From contig NMRA01000136.1 in NCBI GenBank assembly GCA_002633005.1, positions 784,369-848,368 on the forward strand: a DNA stretch of 64,000 nucleotides, written 5' to 3'. The translations under genes and the position numbers were made by a program. The notes below the pieces were generated by a model, which worked only from the letters and a program-made list of their open reading frames with translations, was not told the DNA's origin and ran no database searches. This stretch comes from Phoronis australis. Taxonomy: Eukaryota; Animalia; Phoronida. Positions 36,001 to 46,000 of the stretch are shown one piece after another; position 1 is the first letter of the stretch; every line of letters starts with the position of its first letter.

Positions 36001-37801
36001 GTGCCTTTACTCATCCATGGCCATTAAATAATAAAGGCCTGAGCACAGGTTGAGCAAGCATCATGGGACCAAGCAAAATGAAAAAAGATATCCAGAAACA
36101 CCAAATGGTGAACCTTACTAAAATAGGTTGCTCATGAACAGAGAGCTTTAAAATAGTGATTTCATTTTTGTGCATAAAACGTTCAACAAATATAGCCGAA
36201 CTTTTGACCATCAGAGTTGAAGCCTTTCACAAACTGCTAATCTTTATGCACAACAAAGTCAACATGTTTTATATAAAAAGAATTCTAAATAGAGCTTGCA
36301 ACCAAAATTGCATAAGATAAACAAAAGGCTAACCCCAGATAACTAGTCCCACCTGGCTATCATCTGGCAAAAAACAAAAGCAGGGCGTGTATATAATTGT
36401 ACAGACCATTTGCACCCTTAGATTGCTGATTATCCTTTGTTTCATAAAATTACAGATATTTTCAAAACTAAGATTTTAACCCCATCTGATATGGTCACAA
36501 GAGCTCACTCAAAAGCTCAAACTATCAAGAAAAATGTTTAAAGACGCATTGCACACCGTTTAGCTGACTAAAAACAAAAATTGGGTTTGGGCTGTTACTC
36601 TCATAATTTTCATTACTGTGATAGTAATCCTTTACCAACTTAAGTAACAGGCAACGTTGGGGATTCCTGGATCTAACCTAGAGGAAACAGGCATGAATAC
36701 CATTACATACACAACTAATCGGGGTAAGAGCTCACAGGATGCAAAGTGGGCAACTCAAAAATCATGGGCAGAGCATTAACCAGAGCAAAGGAGCTTGAAA
36801 AGGAAGTTTTTGAGAGAAGTTGGGACTGGGCACTTACCCTAACAATTGATTGGGTTAAAACCAAAGGAGCTACATTACATTTCTTGTATAGTAGTCACAG
36901 AAAACACTTGATGGATCACTATGAGGGGGTTCACATACATTGGTGTGATCATGTACAGGTGTTCAGTAGTGTGACAGTATTTTACGCAACATATTTTTAA
37001 ATAGCCATTATTCAACAATTCTGTTGCTAAATTTGTGGAGCAATAATACGTGTCTGCTTTCAACCTACCATGAAATATTATCAAAGATATCATCGTTTCC
37101 AGAAAGATGTTCTAAAAATAAGCAATTGTCGCACGAGTGTGTTACGAAAAGTGTTTTCAAGTCAACAGCAGATTTTTCTTTAAGACAAAATCTAGAGAAT
37201 TAAGCAAGAAAATGATATTTATTAGATTTTTTCACTAAAATAGATGTAACGGGCAAGTTGAGTGTTGATTGATTCACTGATTTTGCATGCGCCTCTGCCG
37301 GTGGTTAGCTCTACATGTTGGCATGATGAGGTGACTATCAGAACTTCATGGGCTGAGTGAAATTTTGAGGTCTGTGTGAAGTTAAAACACAAGAATTCCT
37401 AGCCCACCTTTTCCCTCTATTACAACCTTGCTGGTTGCGCTAGTGTTGTGTTTTTAGATTTACAGCATAGCTACCAAGACTACTATACTATGACAAAAAA
37501 TATTTCCAATCATTTAAATGGAATTTCAGGAATCTTAAATTTCAAAGGCACGGCTTAACTGCCGTAAGATGAAAAATGGCACTCATTCGAGCTCTTGTTT
37601 CTAAAAAGACGTATAGTAAGTATATCATACGAACAAACAATGGAATAAACACTCCCAACAGTGTTTAATAGGGGAGAAATCGTTCATTCAAGCAACACAA
37701 CAGAGCCTTCTTCATAACTGGGTCAAATTTCAAGCAAACCAAACCTGTTGTGCGACAGGGTCCAGAATGGATTCGATGGTCTTGGTGTGGAATCGTGGCA
37801 T
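79..37801 (-). CDS. VCL: Vinculin (multi-exon; last exon(s) lie left of the window)
   Basis: Exons 5'->3': 37801-37745 ([19 protein letters not shown]), 28694-28587, 26545-26374, 24418-24273, 22915-22747, 21823-21669, 20559-20487, 19742-19594, 19400-19211, 17103-16958, 16171-16009, 15504-15175, 14555-14358, 13774-13683, 11982-11859, [linker cassettes listed separately], 3752-3634, 3160-3045, 798-669, 169-79. All introns are GT-AG and phases join into one frame. The canonical vinculin N-terminus, the proline-rich linker and the tail motif ([36 protein letters not shown]) are present. Confidence 0.97.
957..1330. mobile_element. Small TIR element (MITE-like)
   Basis: Left end ttacaaagaatggattc matches the reverse complement of right end gaatccattctctgtaa at 16/17 positions. 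Confidence 0.45.
2507..2524 (-). CDS. Candidate 18-nt vinculin tail microexon, phase 2-2 (adds IDVTDR)
   Basis: TACTAAC branch point at 2553-2547, then ctgtttctcattaAG, exon AATTGACGTTACTGACAG, donor GTAATG. Open in the phase of the host intron. Confidence 0.55.
4136..4430. mobile_element. MITE, GGGTCCATTTCATGAAA-TIR family (copy 1)
   Basis: Imperfect TIRs (ggggtccatttcatgaaaagtg / cacattttataaaaagaccc); related ends occur at 53098-53309. Confidence 0.5.
6292..6369 (-). CDS. Vinculin linker polyproline exon ([27 protein letters not shown]), 78 nt, with a possible alternative donor giving 63 nt (end 6307)
   Basis: Acceptor tttacAG; GC-rich polyproline codons in an AT-rich intron; two phase-1 donors (GTGACT, GTGAAC). 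Confidence 0.8.
6695..6944. mobile_element. ~250-bp Tc1/mariner-like MITE (family copy 1)
   Basis: Ends gtacaagacaaaagtaatcagacaaaat and attttgtctgaatatgtttggattgtactgTA. The body resembles 9140-9394 and the split copy at 60754-62128. Confidence 0.6.
7264..7323 (-). CDS. Candidate vinculin linker cassette exon, 60 nt, phase 1-1 ([21 protein letters not shown])
   Basis: Acceptor tcgctttgttttgcttggttcacgccAG, donor AAG|GTTTGT, length divisible by 3, no stop codon. Confidence 0.4.
9140..9394. mobile_element. ~250-bp Tc1/mariner-like MITE (family copy 2)
   Basis: TA-cagtgcatgacaaaactaatcagacaaaat ... attttgcctgaatacttttggcatctagtg-TA. Confidence 0.65.
9603..9800 (-). CDS. Candidate vinculin linker cassette exon, 198 nt, phase 1-1 ([12 protein letters not shown]...VHLQPAG)
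   Basis: Strong CT-rich tract ending tctgtAG, an open Pro/Ser/Gln-rich frame, and donor CAG|GTTTGA. Confidence 0.6.
10736..11509 (-). CDS. Candidate large alternative (cassette or terminal) exon in the vinculin linker, 774 nt, phase 1-1
   Basis: Lies inside the 335-aa ORF 10620-11627. Pyrimidine tract plus tgtAG at 11511/11510 is in phase with the upstream exon. Donor AAT|GTATGT at 10735 keeps the frame. Without that donor the frame reads on to a stop at 10620. Confidence 0.6.
12974..13164. repeat. 34-bp minisatellite, ~5.6 copies
   Basis: Unit gctaccagaattttgtctcaaatttcaacagaRt. Confidence 0.95.
13187..13457. repeat. 45-bp minisatellite, 6 copies
   Basis: Unit taaatattaactagaacactataaaccaaRtacctcctgttgcca. 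Confidence 0.95.
15017..15192. repeat. 43-bp tandem repeat x4 spanning a vinculin splice donor
   Basis: Unit aatgaggtcatactcaacaagtcMattaccattagccttgatg. The last copy overlaps exon 15175-15504. Confidence 0.95.
16232..16578. mobile_element. TTAA-flanked TIR element (Kolobok-like non-autonomous)
   Basis: TTAA-ggttatgta ... tacataacc-TTAA. Confidence 0.5.
17336..18309. mobile_element. hAT-like non-autonomous element with an apparent 5-bp TSD (TGTGT)
   Basis: TIRs cataggcggatttagg / cctagatccgccactg match at 13/16, and TGTGT lies directly on both sides. Confidence 0.6.
21798..22038. repeat. ~49-bp degenerate tandem repeat x5 spanning a vinculin splice acceptor
   Basis: Unit ~ttgtgcctctttcagtccaggNNtNcctgcaaacagtggatatga. 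The first copy overlaps exon 21669-21823. Confidence 0.85.
23380..24098. repeat. 69-bp minisatellite, ~10 copies
   Basis: Unit gtgacagtcagacgtcataaagcagtcagtaatgtagtgagccagtactttaattgagtcagtcataca. Confidence 0.95.
24957..26132. mobile_element. ~1.2-kb non-autonomous DNA transposon with long imperfect TIRs
   Basis: atagctcacttgcgagttt...tgtgacgtcaccggaaagggggcaaaa is mirrored by ttttgcccacttcccgtgacgtcaca...aaactcgcaaaaagtctat. The interior is CpG-rich. Confidence 0.55.
26605..26681. repeat. 14-bp tandem repeat, ~5 copies
   Basis: Unit acagtgatgattRg. Confidence 0.8.
27918..28491. mobile_element. Tc1/mariner (pogo-like) MITE with TA TSD
   Basis: TA-ctgtattcgtcataataagcac ... gtgcttaatagggcaaatacgg-TA. 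A related truncated end lies at ~35126-35290. Confidence 0.65.
33083..33164. repeat. 27-bp tandem repeat x3
   Basis: Unit gagttagattgaatagtgcNtatttac. Confidence 0.85.
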
Positions 37802-39160
37802 GATAATTCACCACCGATGAGTCTCTCTTGCAATCAAGGGTCTAATCTCGCATGTGCTGCTGCGAAATATGATATTCAGAGGCTGCAACTTAAAAATATC
37901 TGACAACTTGCTACTGCACCCTCGGATCCGACCCAAGTAAATCCCCACTCAACCGGAAGCCTCGGTTTGAGATTGGAAGTAGTTTCGCGTCGCCCACTGT
38001 CATGTTGTGTGGTTTTGCTAAATTTATTCGTTTACTTTTGTAGAATTTTATTTTAATGCGTAGTATGTAATTTTCAATTAGTTTTAGGAGATGTACTTTA
38101 TTCCATTAGCTTGAAGTCAACATGTTAGTGGGTGGCGCGAAACAGTGGAGGATCCCCCGATTCCCTTTTTAGGTAGCGGGCACATCCGGATTACCACCAC
38201 CGGGGTGTCAGGTAGTGTGTTGACAGTTTCGTCTGTACTCGTGTCTCTGTGTCTAGCTAATCAGGCCAAAGATATCATAGTTTCACTATTACCGAATTAA
38301 CAGGCGGGAAGTCAATGGCTGACTGGCGCTAAAACAACTCCTGAGTTCAAACTATACTTGTTATTGACACGGACTCAACGCGGGGCCCTTCAGGATTCCT
38401 AATGTTGGTATTGTCAGTTTGTGGCACCGCAGGTCATGATGACACTTGGTAATGTGAACAATGTGAATGCCCGGATCTTTTGTACATTGCGAAATAATTT
38501 TAATAACTTGAACAGCAATTAATCCAACACCTGACGTTACTAATGTTTGCACGTGCTCTTGTATTTCTCGCTTTAGTATCATTCCGAATGTACAAGTTGG
38601 TCAAACGCAACTTTTTCTACCACGATACGAGTACCTGACAAGGAACGGGACTGAGATTTTATTACTGCACGAGATGTACTTCATGCATAGCCAAGAATCT
38701 ACCCGCCTAGCGTACATATCGCGACAGATTGTACTGATTTCGGGCAGACTCCCCGGGTCGACACAAATGTACATTGACAAGGCTGCTGCATGGAATTTTA
38801 TGGGTCTCATAAATCAGAGGGTGTGGCCTATATAAGAAATAGTTCGAGTTTTTGCAGCGGTCGCTGTATGCTAGACAAGATACAGGATGTTGATTTTAAG
38901 TTGAAGTATTTTTTAATAAATCACCAAAAACTTAAAAGTTTGAACAAACTAAAAAATTGATATTTATTTCAGAAAAATAATTGAAAAATCTTGAAAATGA
39001 AGGATATTTTTGTATTTTAACAACAGCTGATTAGGTTGTCCGGAATCTCCATTCTAGAGCTGATCCTGACGTCGACAGGTCACGTGACGGGGCGGTCAAA
39101 TGTTATAATTGAAAGGAGCCATTTTGACGAAGAGTGACATTGTCGATTTCACAAGGTAAC
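37802..39160. promoter_or_regulatory. Divergent promoter region between vinculin and PKNOX
   Basis: CpG-richer than the flanks. ETS-like CCGGAAG near 37953, CArG/TATA-like CCTATATAAG 38827-38836, palindrome GTCACGTGAC 39079-39088, GC box 39089-39095, YY1-like GCCATTTT 39118-39125, and a probable 5'UTR-exon donor AAG|GTAAC at 39155/39156. Confidence 0.55.
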
Positions 39161-40612
39161 CTGCCTATCAAATTGGAAAACCGCGGACAATTTGTGTCAG
39201 TAACGTGTTGTTTGGGCTGTATCAACTTGTCAAGTTTCGCATTAACGCGAAGAAGAATGGCTGAAAGCGCCAGATTTCCTTCAGTTCACTTGTGCGTCGA
39301 AAATTCTGCTCTTCTTTTTTACATTATGCGTTTAAAACTAGGTCACGCGCAAAAATTCCACGCAAAAACTTGAGCTAATCCACTTCTGGGGTCATTTATA
39401 TTTGAGTAATCGCAGTGTTTATTACGTCAGTTATTTACGACATTTGTTGTGTCCCCGCCCATATTTGTTTATCTGAAATAGGTTTGTGGATTGTTGATAT
39501 TGAATTTGCAACAAGCCGTGATTTGTTTTGTTTCGCGTCACTTTCTGTCAGTCTGCCTTGCACAAAAGAATGTGCATTTGGCTAGTTGTTGACTCAAGTT
39601 TAAGTACTTTTTTCCTATTGAGCTGTGTCCAGCAGACTGAACTAGTAAGGCCTTGTGGGATTTTTGTGTAGTTGCATTGGATACTTCTAGCCCAAAACGA
39701 TTCTGGTTTCAAAAACTGTCCTCTGAGAATATCCTGGACTTACGATTCACAGTAAACTGGAAATGCTGTCCAGGTTTACCTGGTACTGTATTCCAATTTG
39801 AAAAAAATTCTGTTGTTTATCAGTTTGCTGTTCCATTATTCTGGTACTTGCATGCAATGTTTTTTAACAATGCCAGGAATTTTAATTTCTTTTATAGTGC
39901 CTACTGGGATTATTTCATGAACTATGATGCCTTGATTTTTCAAAAATTACGGTTTTAAGGGAACAAGATTATTTTATAAATAGTAGTCAAAATATGTTAA
40001 TACAGTGGGCAATTCTCAAAAAAATTATTTTAAAAAAATTGATGTATTGTTTACGTAAAGTGAAAATTATAGCATTTTTATGGTAACACATATGCATATG
40101 GAATAGACATTTATATATATATATTAAATAATGAAGAATTTATAAAAATGACTCAGAATCCAAACTATGTTAATGTTGCCTTTTCTTGCCAGTATGTGAG
40201 GAAAATACAGCACAATGTATACACTTTATCAGCTAATTTCTGATTTTACTAATGCAAAACAAAACCACATGAAATTTAACTGACCAATTGTTGGGGCAAC
40301 GGATACTACCCATTTTAAAGCAAGATAAAGGCTCTACTTTGAGAGTAAGCATGGCTATAAAAGCCCCATTTTTAACTTCTTAGAAAAAATCACACTTTCG
40401 CCAACTTTTCCCTTTCACATAACCCTTTCCTTGGGAGTTTAAATTATTCTAAATGTTTATTTATTGAACTTAATTGCAATTCTTTAGACTGTAAGCTTAG
40501 TGGGCCTTGCAAACTCCAACTTCCAGCCCAAAACTAAACCCTTTCAAAGGGATTTAAACCGAAAAGGCGTGTGGGGGCAGGGCGGGAAAATCTAGAAGTG
40601 TAGACAAGGATA

Positions 40613-40713
40613 CTGTAAATACTAATTCTGTCAGGTATCAACTCACCTGTAAATACTAATTCTGTCAGGTATCAACTCACCTGTAAACACTAATTCTGTC
40701 AGGTATCAACTCA
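40613..40713. repeat. 34-bp tandem repeat x3
   Basis: Unit ctgtaaaYactaattctgtcaggtatcaactcac. Confidence 0.9.
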
Positions 40714-41993
40714 AATTTGGGTGGCTCAGAAGTCTTGGCCTTGAGTGACTGCAGATGATAAGAAAATTTAATGAGCAACACTTGTTATGCTACATATGGC
40801 TATTTTGTCAAAATTATGTTTTGAAAACTGTAATGCTGTGTGAAATTGTTTAGAGTGCTTACAAGTAGACAAACTCTGGTGTTGTGTGCAAGGTTGTTTA
40901 TTAACATTAAAATAATGAAGATATCAAAGTTTTCTCCAGCAACTATAATTTATCTGTGTGAAGTTTGTCCAACTTCGTACATATTGTTTGTTAGTGTTTT
41001 AAAGTCAGTGGTATTTCCTTTTGGTACATGGTTGATGTTCAAAGGTGTATATGTGTGTTGCCATTTGCATTAAGTGGTATTACCATAATCGAAAGTGACA
41101 TGAATTTATGAAGAATACTCTTGGTTCAATATAATATCACTACTTCTGAAGGCATAAGCATCCATGTGCAAATAAGCTGAATTAGATGTCATATCTTTGA
41201 CACATACCTAGGTATCAGAAGATCAGTGGTCACCTGCCGTTACCTCCCAGATAAGTGCCTAGGTCCCAAGAGTATTCACAAAAATTGGAAATACTGATCA
41301 TGTAGTGAGTAGACAAACTGGTTGGAGCGTCATAGAAAGCAGGCTGGAGAGGGCTTTGAAGATGAATTATATAGATTTTTGTGGTGGTGGCCACTGGGAA
41401 CTGTGAAATTCATGAAAACTAGGGGTGGAGGAAAATGGTGGCAACTACCAATTTGGTGATTGGTGGAGATAACGGGTGATGAAGCTAAAAATATATATTT
41501 GCCCCACAATAATTGCTACCTTCCTACAGGCCTGGCTTAGTATGTGAAACCACACAGTTAGTTATATAGGAGGAGGTGTAGCATGACTAATTAATATGTG
41601 AACGATATTATGCCAGCATCTCCAGTATCCGTCTGGTATTTGTTGCTGTATCTCCAAAATCCCTTGCTGAATGTTCATGAAATTCTTCAGGTATATTCCT
41701 TTCATTAATAGGACATCATTGTCCTACTACCTGTTTGCCGCCTTAGTGGCAATTTTAGTTATGATGAAACATTTACAGCATCAGAATCAATGGCATGTAT
41801 TTTTCACCTTAAATACAAAATGAAATTATCAAATTCATTAGATAGAACATGTAAAAGGATCCTAAACCCTGTTTTGATGATTTCCACCAATCTTCGTTTG
41901 TTATCTGTTGATGCATCATTGGCGTAAATCTTGGAAATTAAACGCAGGACACAACTAAAAACTCACACTCCCTTTGTCACAAACTGGACATAT

Positions 41994-42121
41994 TGTGGTT
42001 GGTAGGTGGTACATTCTCACAGTTGCCATGTAACTTGTGGTTGGTAGGTGGTACATTCTCACAGTTGCCATGTAACTTGTGGTTGGTAGGTGGTACATTC
42101 TCACAGTTGCCATGTAACTTG
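41994..42121. repeat. 42-bp tandem repeat x3
   Basis: Unit ttgtggttggtaggtggtacattctcacagttgccatgtaac. Confidence 0.95.
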
Positions 42122-43039
42122 CTAAAAACGTTGGTCACGTTTGCTCTTTTAGCAGACTTTGAAAGGAGTTTTCCATTTTTCCTCTTAACTTTTAAGAGTG
42201 TTACAGAGCACTATTTGGTTTCTGAGAACTTGATGGAAAATTAGTTATTAAAACCAGTTTTGCATCCTTTTGACAAGGTTACATTGTATGCACTGAAATG
42301 TTATTCCACTGTTGCCGACGAGGTTACGCCTAACAACGAAGAATTTATGCCCTTGCCCTTATGAATAGTAGATGCCGACTGCAACATTACAGAGGAGTTG
42401 CTTGAAAATTGTTTTGTAGTCTTGCGCAGATAACAGAATTAAGTAGATGAAATGCGTTGAGGGCACCTTGAGTAGACTCGGTAACGACATTGCCTACTAC
42501 AGAGGGAAAGGATATGATGGTGGTGTGGCAAATATAAGTATAGGCAGCATTAGCATGCAGGTAATCCAACGCCAATGCTATCTTTTAGTCTCAAACACAC
42601 ACACACATTGTTGGAGGCTTTAACAACATTTAGTGATAGCCTGTTCATGCTCGATACCAGTGGAAATGAGAAATACCTTGCCGACAAAGTAAACTGTAGT
42701 CTACTTTTTGATGAGCAATACAAAGAGAGAACAACCGAATGAAGTACATAAAATTAAGTATCCCGAATCTGTAGAAAAAATCTCTCTGATGTGTCCCGTA
42801 GCTGTTGGGTGGCAAGACGCGATGTTTACATGTTCGTGCCAACAGGTGTGAGAGGAGTCTCATATTGTCATCATATTGGTCCTCATGTCTTCCAAACTGC
42901 GTAAAGAATTGTGTTGAAGGCAGGAGGTGTGTTCCTGTTGCGGAGAGTGTTGCGCATATCAACCATGGTGGGCGCATATCAACTGCTCTGCTTTGATCTT
43001 GTTAAACATTCCCTTCGATGTTTTGTTGTAGGTGTCAAG

Positions 43040-46000
43040 ATGGACTTGCAGAGGCCTGTGCAATTTGTTGCTACGCCTGCTGCTTCCATAGGGCAAGTGC
43101 TAATACCTGTATCACAGACTGTATCAGCATCTCAGTTGCAGGCAAGGTATGTTTGTGGTGATGTCTCCATAATGTCGGCCAGATTCTCAATCTACACTAT
43201 AGTAAAGCTGGTCTAAAACAGTATGGTACTCTAACAAAACATAAATTTTGATTTAGACATCTTGTAACGACTTGCAACATTCTGGGATGAAAATTGATTT
43301 CTCAGATTTTGTTACTTGTTATGATCAGCCAGTGTAACAATCAAGTGTTAGTCTTTCATATGCTCAGAAATCAGTTCTGATTTGGATACAACTTATTTTA
43401 AAAAACAGTTTGAGACCAGTTTTATAGGGATGAGTGGTCTAAATTAAGTCACGTTTTTGAAGGAAGATGAAGTCGTACTTTAAAAGTAATTGTTTAAATT
43501 TTTTTTTTTTAATAATGTCTACTATTTACCATTTTTAAGTCCTCTTAGATATTTTTAGTTAAGTTATGTAACCCTATGCTGTTGGAGTGTTTGGTGCACA
43601 ATGTCTATTGCTTTTCCACAATTTACCTGTGTCTTGGATATTCGTAGAAACATGTACGACTATGGGTTATCATCATGCCGTCAAATCACCACTGTTTTGT
43701 AATGGGATATTCAAATGATTTGTGGAAAAAAGTCCAACATCATGAAATGATAGGAAGATATTACATGCCGTTCATTACAACTTGGCCTGTTTTACATTTA
43801 CACGAAAAAAGTTATGTGTAATTTTTAATCTTGGTTTAAACGTTTTGACTTGTTCACAAGAAATGATCTAAAAAAACTTGTTGATTTTTGCTACAAAAAC
43901 AAACCGGTGGTATGCATGATTGCCAGCAGATGGTGATACTTCATTTGAACAGGTTGTCTCACTACTTAGATGCTCCAATTTTGATATCATATAAATGGAG
44001 AAAACATAAATAATTAGAGAAAAAGCATGCAACTTAGTGGAGTGCATGATGTTGTAGTTGTTGGACAAGGGATATTACACTTTCTATTTATAAAGTAGAT
44101 CAATGTGAAGTGTTCTATTTCAGCACAATGACAGTTGCTGTTGAGCAGACAACAACCACGTCAGGTCAGGAGACTGATCCTCAGCAAGAAAATGACAAAA
44201 GGGCAATATATAGGTACATGACGGTTTGCTTATCAGCTTATTTAGTATGAATATGTATATGTTAATATACATAAAAATGGTGTAAATTGAGCTACTGGGT
44301 ATTCGCATGGTGATGCTAAGAAAGGTACCTAGGATGAAAGCACTTCAGTAGCATGGCACGTCTCTGTAGTAATGTTACCTTAATGCATGCATTTCTACAT
44401 TTAGGACCATCCTCAGTATACCAGCACCACCATTGAAGCGTAAATCGTTCATTGTTTGAAGTGCCCTGTGCCTTCAGATAAAGAGGCATGGATCGCAGTA
44501 ACTTGTTAAAATATGTTTTGAACAGGTCTTGTCGAATCTACTTCATAGTTCATGGCATGCTAACGTGAGAGTTATTCATTTTAAATATTGGAGGAATTTC
44601 TAGAAAAAAGTCATTAGATTCGCTATTTTTGAAACACAGGCGAAAATGTAAACTCTTTCATCCCTATACTGTTTTCAAATTCTCTGCTCTAATAATATGT
44701 GTGTGCATGTGTGCTCATGGAATTACCCAATTAACATTTCCCAAGTGTATAATTGCCATTGTATTGTTTACACCAAGGGTCAAAGGTCACATTTTCTGTA
44801 TAAGGGAAAATGTGCTGCCTCTGTGTCTTGCCATACCATATAAGGAGTCATACTTTGCCTTGTGGGAGGAAATTGATGAAGTGACAAGCAGTTGACAGAT
44901 CATTTTTTGAAATTTGTAATTTAAGGAAAAATGCTTTCTCATCAAGAGAAATTCAAAATCTTTACGCACAAACTCAAAATACATGGTGAACAGTTTGACT
45001 TTGTCCTAGTGGCAAAGAACCACTTTGAATAATGAAATTTAGTTTGTTTTTGTGCTCTATGCCACTTTAAGCTGAGAGTTGCATGCTAATCATGTTGCTT
45101 TGAACATTTGCTAACCTACAAGTTAACAAAATGTTACCCTAGGAGCACACACTGGTGTTTAGGCCAAACAAAGCATGTTTGATCAGATGTGAGTTCAGTC
45201 CATAGTGCGCGATCCATCATAAGCACCAAGCTTATCATGTAATTTCCTGTTTTTGATTTTCTTATACTTTTTACAATTTTTTATGGGTACAGTTGCTAAT
45301 TGGTTAATGCAGGATGTGTTAAAATAGCACAGTCTGCCAGTTTCTTTCAGCACAACTTTAATTCAAGCCAGCATATTTCTAAGTGAATGTAAGTCATCAA
45401 TAGATAGTGCTTGAGTAGTCATTATGATGATAATGATTTTTTTGTTCCAATACTATAATATAAAAGAGGCATGGAACGCGAAAGTTCTTCAAAAATATCT
45501 TTTAAGCAATTCTGACGAAAGTACCATCTTGCAACGTCTAGTACAGAGTAATTAACTTTCCCTGTCAGGAAATTTCCAGAAAAAATCACAGAATTCACAA
45601 TTTTTGAAATACGCAAGAAAGAAAAAACTCTGCGGTTACCACAAAGTTTCTAATCTCTCTCCCATTTATAATAAATAGGCACATGCACTCACAGTCAGTT
45701 GCTTGAAGTTCCTTGAGGTCAAAGGTCGCATTTTCCATGTAAGGGATATGTCTATGTCTTGCCATACCAAATAACGAGATGTGCTTTGCCTTTTGGAAGA
45801 AAAATCAACTAAGAAACAAGCAGTTGACAGATAGTTTTTTTATTAGTTTCAAATTTAAAAAAAACGTTGTTATGAATAGAAATTAAAAATCTTTACGAAC
45901 AAACCCAAAAATACCTGGTGAGCAGGTTGAATTCTGTTTCAGTGACATAGAACCACTTTCAATAATGCAGTTTAGTCTGTTTATCGCATTCCATGCCTCT

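Noticed and set aside
42645-43031. Overlapping short ORFs upstream of the PKNOX ATG
   Set aside because: No homology cues, and a clear acceptor at 43030-43031 indicates the upstream sequence is intronic.
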